Counted from the first letter of the stretch, positions 34,752-43,226 are shown. The stretch: DNA of 64,000 nucleotides from an uncultured Prevotellaceae bacterium (GCA_946186505.1 CAMHNI010000001.1:37416-101415), one strand, 5' to 3'. Numbers and translations are program-made. Notes: generated from the letters alone by a model not told the origin.

Positions 34752-34832
34752 GTCACCCTCCAGTCACCCTTGTCACCCTCTAAAAAGGGTGCAAATGCCC
34801 TGTACATCGGCGTTCTGTCACCCTGTCACCCT
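34752..34832 (+). repeat. Cluster of five GTCACCCT octamers
   Basis: The copies are at 34752, 34763, 34772, 34817 and 34825. The third forms a CACCCT ctaaaa AGGGTG hairpin with downstream sequence. Confidence 0.85.
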
Positions 34833-34934
34833 AAAACAAAAAAATATATACTTGCATGCGCGCCAGTTCTGTATCTAAAGTCATGTGGAAGTCATTTTTC
34901 CCCTTTTTCATTTTGTGGTTTCAGAACTTCTTTG

Positions 34935-34942
34935 TACCTTTG
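34935..34942 (+). promoter_or_regulatory. Bacteroidetes -7 promoter box (TACCTTTG) for the FAH-family gene
   Basis: TAnnTTTG about 77 nt upstream of the ATG at 35019. Confidence 0.5.
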
Positions 34943-35018
34943 CCACATAATTAAGGCAAAATCAGAAGGAATGGCAACAATAGCATTTCTGCCCAAAGTG
35001 TAGCCGACGAAAAGCGTT

Positions 35019-35621
35019 ATGAAGATATTTGCAGTAGGAATGAACTATGCAGCACACCAAAAAGAGCTGCACGACACATTGTTGAAGCCGGACGCACCCG
35101 TTGTCTTCTTGAAGGCGGACTCGGCACTACTGAAGCCCGGAAAACCCTTTTTCGTGCCCGACCATTTTGGACGCATCGACTACGAGGCTGAGGTGGTGGT
35201 GCGCATCTGTCGGTTAGGCAAGAACATACCTGTGCGGTTTGCCAGCCGATACTACGATGCTATGACAGTGGGCATTGACTTCACGGCCCGCGACCTGCAG
35301 CGTAAGGCCAGCCAGAACGGGCAACCGTGGACTATCTCGAAGGGGTTTGACGGGGCGGCAGCCATCGGTGAGTGGCGGGAGGCTATGGCAAGTGTACGTT
35401 TTCGCTTAGACCGGAATGGTGAGACTATGCAGCAGGGCTGTACGGACGACATGCTCTACAGCATAGATGAGACAATCAGTTATATCTCGCAGTTCTTTAC
35501 CCTGAAGACTGGCGACCTACTCTATACGGGAACTCCGGCAGGTGTCGGTCCTATACAGATAGGTGACCATTTGGAGGGTTGGCTTGAGGAGGAGAAGGTG
35601 CTGGACTTGTATTGCCGGTAA
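35019..35621 (+). CDS. Fumarylacetoacetate hydrolase (FAH) family protein
   Basis: 200 aa: MKIFAVGMNYAAH...FFVPD...IDYEAEVVVRI...DFTARDLQ...KGFDGAA...GDLLYTGTPAGVG, the short FAH/HpcE-type fold. Confidence 0.85.
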   Translation: MKIFAVGMNYAAHQKELHDTLLKPDAPVVFLKADSALLKPGKPFFVPDHFGRIDYEAEVVVRICRLGKNIPVRFASRYYDAMTVGIDFTARDLQRKASQNGQPWTISKGFDGAAAIGEWREAMASVRFRLDRNGETMQQGCTDDMLYSIDETISYISQFFTLKTGDLLYTGTPAGVGPIQIGDHLEGWLEEEKVLDLYCR

Positions 35622-35624
35622 CGT

Positions 35625-38207
35625 TCAGAGAAGCTTGTCGAGTAGCGAGACGATGTCGCTGTTGTCGATGGTGCCGTCGCCGTTGACATCACCGGTACCG
35701 GTAATAAAGCCGTCCACCTCTCGTCCCTGTACGTAGTCAATGATCATAGTCAGGTCAACGACGTTGATGCTGCCATCGCCGTTGACATCACCTGCCAATA
35801 ATAGGCGCACGTTGTCGAAACCGATAATCTTCTCCGTACCATTATTGTTATGCATAGCCACCAGGGCGATGGTGGTCGAGGCTACGCCGTCGCTCTCGAA
35901 ACCAACGCTCATCTGCTGCCACTCCTCTTTGTTCTCAACGGTCGGAGCCTGCTCCGTCGCGCCGTCCTGAGTGACAGCCTGCAGATAGGCGTCGCCGCCG
36001 AGACCACTCTTCCAGACGTCGGCGGTCAGCGTATAGCGGCCTGCGGGCAAGAGCAGTTCCTGCTTCAACATGATGGTGCTTGTGCCCCAGTTCTGGCGTA
36101 CCCAGTAGGTCTGCTTACTGCCAGCAGACGGACTAGGGCGCGAGCCGAAAAAACGGTCGAAGTAGAGGTCGCCCGACTTCAGGGCCGTCAGATCGTTCTC
36201 GTTGCGCCCTGTATAGTCGATGGTCCAGCCCTGCGGCACATAGATGGCACGGTCACTGCTGACACCACTGCCCTGCATGGGGGCGTAACTGCTCTCAAAG
36301 TCACCGTTGGTCAGACTTTTAGGCAGATTGGCATTCTGCTCGGCCTTCATCGCAGCCTTCGTCTTTGCCACAATCTGCTGCACTTCCAAAGGCGTGGCCG
36401 CCAAAATATACGTACTAACGGCAAGACACTGTTGTTTGAAGCCGTCGCCTCGGACGCCGATATGGCCGACATCGAGCCCCTCTATCGCAATCACCTGGTC
36501 TACCAGACCGTTGCGGTAGGTGGTGAGCGTCTCGCCGTCGTAGGTCATCGTGAGCACCCAAGTCTTGAGCTTTGTGGGGTGGTTGTCGCCACTGGTTCCA
36601 GTAGAGCCATTGGCCCAGTCGTCACTCGTCAGCAGGCGGTTCTGACTGCGGAAGGTCTTGCCGTTGATAGTCAGTTCCGGATACTGCGTTGAAGCGTTGA
36701 GGGCATAGCTGAACTTCCCGTCGTTACCACTGAGCAATGTACCACCGTAGTTCTCGGCATCCATCAGGAAGCCTACGCTGAGCGTCCCGTTCTTCTTCAG
36801 GCAGACACAATCGACAGCCTGTTCCTCGACGGGCCGCACCGTCTCCTGCCAGTCGTAGTCGCAGTGGATGGCCGTAGGGTAGCCCTTGGGATAGTTCTTG
36901 TTCACCATCCAGTAATAGTAGTCGCCCTGCATCCAGCCGAGGCGCAGGGGGGAGTCCTTCGAACCGGGGATGACGAAAGGACGGGCGTTGTTCTTCGGTG
37001 AGTTTTTCGTCAGCTGCTTGGAGCCGCTCACGTTTCCGTCGTCGTCGATGGTGTAGCGCCATATCTCATAGACACCATCCTTGTCGTATTTGCCATCCTT
37101 GGTAGGGATGGAGAGGTACATATCATTGATGTTGTCGGGGTCGATGGTCATGCCGCCCGAGTAGCAGCATTCGGTATTGTTCCAGTTCTGATGGAAGGCG
37201 TGTCCTCCGTACTGCACCCACGTGTTCTTCCACGACGAGCCGTTCCAGCGGGCATACCAATAGACGTGCGAGGTCTTGGCATCATCGATGTGGGGGTAGG
37301 CAATGACGGGGTGCTCGTCCTTGTCCAAGGCAATCTGCCACACCCAGTTGCGGATGCCAGCCGTTTTATCGACGATGGTGGCGGGGTACTGCGAGGCGTA
37401 GGAGTCAGTCTTACTGACGTTGAACACACCGTCACTGATGACCTTCAGCTGCTTGCCGTTCAGGTCGCGCAGGATGGGGCCGTTCCCCTTGTTGATGTCG
37501 ATGACGTTGAAATAGAGCCAATCGGGCATCTCGTTGTCGGGGTGGCCGGTGGTGTAGCTGACGTAAATCTTGTCCTTGCCGTTGCTGGCGTACTTGGCGT
37601 AGGGCCGGGCGCCTGTCGATTGGACAATCTGCTTGGGACCAAAGTCGAACGCGCAGTTGTCGTTCTCGTCGGGCATCGTCAGGCGTGCGATTGTGGGATG
37701 CCAGTTGATGCCGCGCCAGCAGAGGTAGATGTGCTGCGGGTCGTCACTTAATATAAAAGGTGAGGGATAGGTGGTATTGTTTGCCGTTGCCAGATACTTC
37801 TCCTCGCCCAAGGCGGTGATGTCACCGGGTTTCATGGAGATGCGGTACCATATCTTCTTTTCGTCGGTGTGGCGCGTGTAGAATATCATCACACGCCCGT
37901 CGGGCAGCACGAGGAACGTGGGGTTGTTGTGGTCATCGGGCTGGAAGTACGAGCGCACTAGCACGTCAGTCTTGCGACCGCTGAGCCAATCGTACTGCGT
38001 GGCCTTCACGTTGCCGTGAACGTCGATGTAGCCCAGAAAAGTGGCGTTGATGGTACCTTCTGCATTTTCGTAGTGCAGTGCACGCGGGTCAGCAAACCAG
38101 CACCAAGCTCCCTCATCAGCAACAACGGTTGAGGCCGACGTCTTCAGGTTGGATACCAGACAGAGTAAACTGGCCATAAATAGCTTAAACATCGTGGCTT
38201 GTTTCAT
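35625..38207 (-). CDS. Secreted multidomain protein. By eye it has an N-terminal BNR_4-like beta-propeller, a central LamG/ConA-like domain, a CBM-like domain and a C-terminal dockerin-type module. It is a putative glycan-active enzyme.
   Basis: 860 aa with a signal peptide. The N-terminus reads VVADEGAWCWFADPRALHYE... The C-terminus reads GDVNGDGSINVVDLTMIIDYV...GDVNGDGTIDNSDIVSLLDKLL, two dockerin-like repeats. It is the last gene of the sugar operon. Confidence 0.6.
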   Translation of the reverse strand: MKQATMFKLFMASLLCLVSNLKTSASTVVADEGAWCWFADPRALHYENAEGTINATFLGYIDVHGNVKATQYDWLSGRKTDVLVRSYFQPDDHNNPTFLVLPDGRVMIFYTRHTDEKKIWYRISMKPGDITALGEEKYLATANNTTYPSPFILSDDPQHIYLCWRGINWHPTIARLTMPDENDNCAFDFGPKQIVQSTGARPYAKYASNGKDKIYVSYTTGHPDNEMPDWLYFNVIDINKGNGPILRDLNGKQLKVISDGVFNVSKTDSYASQYPATIVDKTAGIRNWVWQIALDKDEHPVIAYPHIDDAKTSHVYWYARWNGSSWKNTWVQYGGHAFHQNWNNTECCYSGGMTIDPDNINDMYLSIPTKDGKYDKDGVYEIWRYTIDDDGNVSGSKQLTKNSPKNNARPFVIPGSKDSPLRLGWMQGDYYYWMVNKNYPKGYPTAIHCDYDWQETVRPVEEQAVDCVCLKKNGTLSVGFLMDAENYGGTLLSGNDGKFSYALNASTQYPELTINGKTFRSQNRLLTSDDWANGSTGTSGDNHPTKLKTWVLTMTYDGETLTTYRNGLVDQVIAIEGLDVGHIGVRGDGFKQQCLAVSTYILAATPLEVQQIVAKTKAAMKAEQNANLPKSLTNGDFESSYAPMQGSGVSSDRAIYVPQGWTIDYTGRNENDLTALKSGDLYFDRFFGSRPSPSAGSKQTYWVRQNWGTSTIMLKQELLLPAGRYTLTADVWKSGLGGDAYLQAVTQDGATEQAPTVENKEEWQQMSVGFESDGVASTTIALVAMHNNNGTEKIIGFDNVRLLLAGDVNGDGSINVVDLTMIIDYVQGREVDGFITGTGDVNGDGTIDNSDIVSLLDKLL

Positions 38208-38230
38208 TTCTTAATCTATAAAGAAGGTGA

Positions 38231-39517
38231 TTAGACGGTCATTTTTGTCATGCGGCTTCCATAGATGGTAACAACGAGGAAACAGATAAAGGGTAGCACA
38301 AACGAAGCGTTGGTGGCGGGGAATGAGCCGAAGAAGGTGCCTTGGTCGATAATCATGGCCTGCAGCGGTGGCAGTACCGAACCGCCGAGGATAGCCATGA
38401 TGAGTCCTGCAGCACCGAATTTGGCGTCGTCACCCAGCCCGTCGAGGGCTATACCGTAGATGGTGGGGAACATGAGTGACATGCAGGCGCTGACGCAGAC
38501 AAGGCAGTAGAGTCCCATGCGGTTCTCGAACAGCACGACACCCACTGTGAGTATCATGGCGAGTATGCCGAAGATGGCCAGCAGGCGGGCGGGTTGTATC
38601 CAGCGCATCAGGAAAGTGGCGATAAAGCGTGAACAGATGAAGAAAATCATGGCTGCGATGTTGAAGCGTTGCGACAGCACTTCGGCAGCCTGTTCGTCCA
38701 TTCCCTCGTCCATGAAGATGCGCGTGCCGTACTGTATGATAAAGGTCCAGCACATAATCTGTGCACCGACATAGAAGAACTGTGCGATGACACCCTCACG
38801 GTAGCGTTTGAGCACAAATATTCGCCGTAGGGTAGGCATGACGCTGATTTCATGGTTCTGGTCGCCATTCTTCGGCATCTTTGTGAACAGGATGATGAGA
38901 AACATCAGCACGATGACGGCACCGATGGCCAGATAAGGCGAGATGAGCACGTCAAGGTCAGCCTGCTTAAGCACTTCGAAATCGGCATCGCCCAAGAGTG
39001 CCCGCTCGTCGCTGCTCATGGGGTTGAGCTTGGCCTGAATGAAGTTCATGGCCACGTACATGCCAATGATGGAGCCGCAGGGGTTGAAGCACTGCGCGAG
39101 GTTCAGTCGGCGTGTGGCCGTCTTCGGATCGCCCATCGAGAGGATGTAGGGGTTGCACGATGTCTCAAGGAACGACAGTCCACAGGTCATGATGAAGTAG
39201 GACACGAGAAAACAGCCATAGATGCCGATGGTCTTCGACGGGAAGAACAGAAGTGCGCCAGCGGCGTAGAGACCGAGCCCCATGAGTACACCCGCCTTGT
39301 AGGAGTACTTGCGTATGAAAATGGCGGCAGGGAAGGCCATACAGAAGTAACCACCGTAGAACGCCACCTGGACGAGTGCGCCCTCGGTGACGTTCATGCG
39401 GAATATTTTTGAGAAAGCCTTCACCATTGGGTTCGTGATGTCGTTGGCAAAGCCCCAGAGGGCAAAGCAGAATGTCACGAGGATGAAGGGCAGGATGTAG
39501 TTATTGGCTTTTTTCAT
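38231..39517 (-). CDS. MFS sugar:H+ symporter of the L-fucose permease (FucP) family
   Basis: 428 aa with 12 predicted TM helices. The N-terminus is FucP-like: FILVTFCFALWGFANDITNPMVKAFSKIF. Confidence 0.85.
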   Translation of the reverse strand: MKKANNYILPFILVTFCFALWGFANDITNPMVKAFSKIFRMNVTEGALVQVAFYGGYFCMAFPAAIFIRKYSYKAGVLMGLGLYAAGALLFFPSKTIGIYGCFLVSYFIMTCGLSFLETSCNPYILSMGDPKTATRRLNLAQCFNPCGSIIGMYVAMNFIQAKLNPMSSDERALLGDADFEVLKQADLDVLISPYLAIGAVIVLMFLIILFTKMPKNGDQNHEISVMPTLRRIFVLKRYREGVIAQFFYVGAQIMCWTFIIQYGTRIFMDEGMDEQAAEVLSQRFNIAAMIFFICSRFIATFLMRWIQPARLLAIFGILAMILTVGVVLFENRMGLYCLVCVSACMSLMFPTIYGIALDGLGDDAKFGAAGLIMAILGGSVLPPLQAMIIDQGTFFGSFPATNASFVLPFICFLVVTIYGSRMTKMTV

Positions 39518-39545
39518 TTAGGAGAGTAGTTTGATGATAAGTGTG

Positions 39546-40562
39546 CTAGAAACGAACTAAGATGCGGAACACCTTGCCAGGACTTTCTGCCCACTGCTTC
39601 ATGGAGGCAGGTGCCTCTTCAGGTGTTACCTCACGGCTGATAAGCCGGTCAACAGGGCAGGTGCCTCGCTCTAAGTAATGGATGACGGCACGGAAGTCGC
39701 TGGGCTGGGCATTGCGTGAGCCTCGGATGTCGAGTTCCTTCTGCACGAAGAATTTCGTCTGGAATGACACTTCGGTCTTGGCATAGCCAATACAGATGAC
39801 GCGACCCGTGAAAGCCACTTCGTTGACGGCCATCTGGTAGGTGGGTACGCTGCCCACGGCCTCAATAACCACGTCGGGGCCGAAGCCACCCGTCATCTCG
39901 TTCAGACGGGCATGTACGTCCTCGCTGATGGTGTTGATGGTGTAGGTGGCACCCATCTCCCTGGCCAGAGCCAGCTTCTCGTCATCAATGTCGGCAGCGA
40001 TGACGGTGGCACCGCGTAGGGCAGCACGCACGATGGCACCCATGCCTACCATACCGCAGCCAATGACCATCACCACGTCAATGTCAGTGACCTGCGCACG
40101 ACTGACGGCGTGGAAGCCTACGCTCATCGGTTCGATAAGGGCACAGGTTCGGGGGTCCAGTCCTCCAGCGGGGATGACCTTCTCCCACGGCAGGGCGATT
40201 TTCTCACGCATGGCTCCCCAGCGCTGGACTCCCAGCGTCTCATTGTGTTCGCAGGCATTGACACGTCCGTTACGGCACGAGGCACATTTGCCGCAGTTGG
40301 TATAGGGGTTGCAGGTTACCACCATACCCGGCTTCAAGCCTTCAGGCACGTCGGCTCCTACAGCCTCTATGACGGCTCCCACTTCATGGCCTGGTACTAC
40401 AGGCATCTTCACCATAGGGTTCTTGCCTAAGTAGGTGCTTAGGTCTGAACCGCAGAACCCTACATACTCGAGACGCAGCAGCACCTCATTGCTTTTCAAC
40501 TCAACTTCGGGAATGTCAACGATTCCCATTTGCCTATCGGCACTGATTTGTATTGCTTTCAT
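39546..40562 (-). CDS. Zinc-binding medium-chain alcohol/polyol dehydrogenase. From context it may be an L-galactonate 5-dehydrogenase.
   Basis: 338 aa. Motifs: GFCGSDL, GHEVGAVIEAVG, a structural-Zn Cys cluster (CGKCASCRNGRVNAC), and the Rossmann motif GCGMVGMGA. Confidence 0.75.
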   Translation of the reverse strand: MKAIQISADRQMGIVDIPEVELKSNEVLLRLEYVGFCGSDLSTYLGKNPMVKMPVVPGHEVGAVIEAVGADVPEGLKPGMVVTCNPYTNCGKCASCRNGRVNACEHNETLGVQRWGAMREKIALPWEKVIPAGGLDPRTCALIEPMSVGFHAVSRAQVTDIDVVMVIGCGMVGMGAIVRAALRGATVIAADIDDEKLALAREMGATYTINTISEDVHARLNEMTGGFGPDVVIEAVGSVPTYQMAVNEVAFTGRVICIGYAKTEVSFQTKFFVQKELDIRGSRNAQPSDFRAVIHYLERGTCPVDRLISREVTPEEAPASMKQWAESPGKVFRILVRF

Positions 40563-40565
40563 ATG

Positions 40566-41504
40566 TTATTCACTCATGTTTTTGATATACGGCAGTACCG
40601 GCAGTTCGCCGAAGCCGTAGAAGCGGCGGGCGTTGTCGCCGAGAAACAGCTGTTTTTCTTTGTCGCTGAGTTCTGCGGACTTCGTGATGAAGTCGTACGA
40701 CATGCGGTAGGTGATGGCAGTGATAGTGCGCGGATAGTCAGAACCCCACATTAGCTTGTCCCAGCCCACAAGGTCGGCGGCCTCACGGACGGCACGGACT
40801 GCTGAGGGGAAGGGATAGAACTCAGCGTTATAAAGCCAAGTGATGCCGCCACTTTCAATCATGACGTTCTCGTAGCGGGCCAACTTTATCTGCTCCTGCC
40901 AGTCAGGATTCTTCCAACAGGGTGTCTGCGGCGGATTGGCCATACCTAAATGGCCGATGGCTATTTTCAGTCGTGGGCACTCCTGGATGACCTCCCTCAG
41001 CTCGCCTACCTGCTTGTCACCGTCGGCCAGCGTGATGGACAGGAGCCTGTGGTTGGTCTCCATCAGACGGAACATCTTCATCATCTCAGGACAGGTGAGC
41101 GACCGTTCCAACAACCTGTGGCCGGGGATGGCCATACCACGGAAATTCCGGACAGCCATCAGATGAAGCGCTTGCTCGTAGAACCCATCCTTGAGGTAGT
41201 CGGCCATACCGAAGCAGAAAAAACGTTCTGGGAAGCGCTGCTGTACATCGGCTAAGTAGTCGTTCTGAAGGCCGTCGATGAACTCCTGCACGACAACGGC
41301 TGCCGATACCAGGGCGTAGTCCATGTTTGAGAGGAAAACCTCTGCCGTATTCCGTCCGTCCGTCATGAATGGGGGCAGCATCTGCACCTCTTCGCCGAGG
41401 AACATCGAGCGACCATTCTGGGTGGTGCGGATTTCCTGTCCGTTCCATGAGGTGTCCTGCCTGAGCCAAAGGTGGCTGTGAGCATCGATTATGAGTTTTT
41501 CCAT
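40566..41504 (-). CDS. Amidohydrolase-superfamily protein. From context it may be a sugar 1,5-lactonase.
   Basis: 312 aa. The N-terminus carries the metal-binding motif IIDAHSHLW, and ...GHLG... and ...WGSDYP... follow later. This matches the amidohydrolase_2 / cog3618-type pattern. Confidence 0.75.
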   Translation of the reverse strand: MEKLIIDAHSHLWLRQDTSWNGQEIRTTQNGRSMFLGEEVQMLPPFMTDGRNTAEVFLSNMDYALVSAAVVVQEFIDGLQNDYLADVQQRFPERFFCFGMADYLKDGFYEQALHLMAVRNFRGMAIPGHRLLERSLTCPEMMKMFRLMETNHRLLSITLADGDKQVGELREVIQECPRLKIAIGHLGMANPPQTPCWKNPDWQEQIKLARYENVMIESGGITWLYNAEFYPFPSAVRAVREAADLVGWDKLMWGSDYPRTITAITYRMSYDFITKSAELSDKEKQLFLGDNARRFYGFGELPVLPYIKNMSE

Positions 41505-42439
41505 CTTACGAACATTTGGTCACCAATGATACCCTGCACTTCCTTCACCAGAGCCTCGTCCATCGGGTCGTTGACAAAGCCAATATTCTTCAATACGTTG
41601 TCAGGATTGGCACTGCTGAAGAGCGTTGTGGCGATGCGCGGGTTGAGGCTGGTAGAGAATTGTATGGCCAGTTTCTCTATGGGGTAACCCTGTGCATTAC
41701 AGAAGGCGGCAGCCCGTGCACAGGCATCCTTCAGGGGCTGTGGGGCGGGGTGCCAGTCTGGCGTTCCTCGGCTTGACAGCAATCCCATCGACAGCGGAGA
41801 GGCGTTGATGACACCCACGTTGTGCTGTTCGAAAAAGTCCAAGTAATCGGTCAGCATCGTGTCGTTCAATGAGTAGTGGCAGAAGTTGAGGATGCTCTCC
41901 ACCGTACCCTCCTCTACGTGCTCGATGACCCACTTCAGGTTCTCGGGCTGGAGGTCGGTGATGCCCACATGTCCCACGATACCTTTCTGCTTCAATGCGA
42001 CGAGAGCGGGGAGCGTTTCGTCGCAGACTTTTTGTAAGCCGCCAGGCAGGGCAGCTTGGAATTCGATATCATGGACGTTAATCAGGTCGATAAAATCGAC
42101 ATTCAGTCGTTCCATGCTCTCATAAACGCTCTTTGTAACACGCTCGGCAGAGTAATCCCATGTGTTGATGCCGTCCTTGCCATAGCGACCTACTTTCGTC
42201 GAGAGATAATAGCGGTCGCGGGGAATCTCGCGGAGCGCTTTGCCTAAGACGGTCTCTGCCTTGAGATGGCCGTAATAGGGAGAAACGTCGATAAAGTTGA
42301 TACCGCCGTCAACGGCTACATGGACGGCACGAATGCCCTCCTCTTCGCGGATGCTGTGGAACACGCCACCTAAGGATGACGCACCAAAACCTAGGTTTGC
42401 CACCCGCATACCAGTCTTTCCAATCTCGTTGTATGTCAT
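41489..42439 (-). CDS. Aldo/keto reductase. From context it may be an L-galactose or L-fucose 1-dehydrogenase.
   Basis: The protein begins MTYNEIGKTGMRVANLGFGASSLGG...INFIDVSPYYG...LSTKVGRY..., a classic AKR pattern. I trimmed the start to the ATG at 42439 because the -7 box lies at 42468-42475. It overlaps the next gene by 16 nt. Confidence 0.8.
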   Translation of the reverse strand: MTYNEIGKTGMRVANLGFGASSLGGVFHSIREEEGIRAVHVAVDGGINFIDVSPYYGHLKAETVLGKALREIPRDRYYLSTKVGRYGKDGINTWDYSAERVTKSVYESMERLNVDFIDLINVHDIEFQAALPGGLQKVCDETLPALVALKQKGIVGHVGITDLQPENLKWVIEHVEEGTVESILNFCHYSLNDTMLTDYLDFFEQHNVGVINASPLSMGLLSSRGTPDWHPAPQPLKDACARAAAFCNAQGYPIEKLAIQFSTSLNPRIATTLFSSANPDNVLKNIGFVNDPMDEALVKEVQGIIGDQMFVRWKNS

Positions 42440-42467
42440 CTTTTCCTTTGTTATAGAATAAACGGTG

Positions 42468-42475
42468 CAAAGATA
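42468..42475 (-). promoter_or_regulatory. Bacteroidetes -7 promoter box (TATCTTTG) for the AKR/lactonase/ADH/permease operon
   Basis: TAnnTTTG on the minus strand, 29 nt upstream of the ATG at 42439. Confidence 0.55.
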
Positions 42476-42594
42476 CAAAAAAAAGTGAAATGCAAAGAGT
42501 TTATAAAGAAAAAAATGCAGCCGTTGCAAAAGTCTTTTTCTTATTTTTTCGCCGGCTTTTCTTAGCCTTTCAAGATGGCGTTGTTTGTAGTCGG

Positions 42595-42876
42595 CTATTC
42601 GCTTGGAAAAGGCCAGGTCTTTCTTATTATTGGCATCAGGCGTAAACTCCAGATATTCAGGAATCTAGCGGCCGTAGTCTTGCCCCTAACGGAGAAGAGG
42701 GGGTGGTGAAGCACCACAATCTTCCATCGGGCCCGATTCTGTCCGAGTTGCTGCTTGAGCCATTAGCGCTGGGTATATGGGTAAGGCAGTTCGCGATTGC
42801 TGTCCAACAGGAAGAACTGGATGGGACCATGGCAAAACAACGCTGTCGTGTCTATCTTTATCGTTTTCCTATTCAT
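42595..42876 (-). pseudogene. Relic of a calcineurin-like metallophosphoesterase gene, truncated at both ends with an in-frame stop
   Basis: The minus-strand translation is ...GPIQFFLLDSNRELPYPYTQR*WLKQQLGQNRARWKIVVLHHPLFSVRGK... This matches the central xxVLDSN / WLxxxL / W(K/R)IVxxHHPLYS blocks. The N-terminal GDxHG and C-terminal GHxH blocks are missing. Confidence 0.45.
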
Positions 42877-42958
42877 TTATCTCTCTTAAAAACCCCAATC
42901 CAAATGCAAAAATACTAAAAAAAAGAGAATGGAGAACAGAGAATAATTATTTTTTGCG

Positions 42959-42966
42959 TATTTTTG
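42959..42966 (+). promoter_or_regulatory. Bacteroidetes -7 promoter box (TATTTTTG) for the small ORF and LPS cluster
   Basis: TAnnTTTG 21 nt upstream of the ATG at 42987. Confidence 0.45.
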
Positions 42967-42986
42967 CAATTTAATAGAAATAGTAG

Positions 42987-43184
42987 ATGCCTACAGTACT
43001 CTCATACCTGCATTACCAGGACGTGACAGCCGCCTATCGATACCGCACAGACTCGCTGCTCACTCGCGACGTGATGAAGACGATGCCCCAAGACACCTTG
43101 CGGCAGATGACGCAACAGAAGAAATCCATCATACAGCAATACATGCAACGTATGAATAATGACAAGTTGGTGGTTGGAGATTGA
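42987..43184 (+). CDS. Small hypothetical protein (65 aa)
   Basis: An ATG-initiated ORF sits directly behind a -7 box and leads into the ABC transporter gene. The sequence is polar with no recognisable motif. Confidence 0.4.
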   Translation: MPTVLSYLHYQDVTAAYRYRTDSLLTRDVMKTMPQDTLRQMTQQKKSIIQQYMQRMNNDKLVVGD

Positions 43185-43226
43185 AGGTTGAAGGTTGAGA
43201 ATTGAAAATTGAAGATTGAGAATTGA
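43172..43226 (+). repeat. Heptanucleotide tandem repeat, about 8 copies of RRTTGAR, ending at the start codon of the ABC transporter
   Basis: The sequence is ggttgga gattgaa ggttgaa ggttgag aattgaa aattgaa gattgag aattga followed by ATG at 43227. It overlaps the stop of the 65-aa ORF. Confidence 0.85.

Noticed and set aside
34515-35003. The ORFs at 34515-34745 (76 aa) and 34770-35003 (77 aa) as real small genes.
   Set aside because: They span the short-repeat clusters and have odd composition (Ser/Cys/Leu-rich). They have no promoter box in a suitable position, and one runs through the FAH gene's -7 box. I treat them as non-coding.
35625-38207. Calling the locus a cellulosome-like system because of the dockerin modules.
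   Set aside because: No cohesin-like or scaffoldin-like protein is visible in the window. Ca-binding repeats of this type also occur outside cellulosomes. Only the domain resemblance is reported.
42681-42706. cccctaacggagaagagggggtggtg as a sixth copy of the GC-rich mini-element.
   Set aside because: The arms are only 5 bp with a 10-nt loop, and the G tail is interrupted. The segment also encodes the conserved HHPLFS block of the phosphoesterase relic on the other strand, so the resemblance is likely coincidental.
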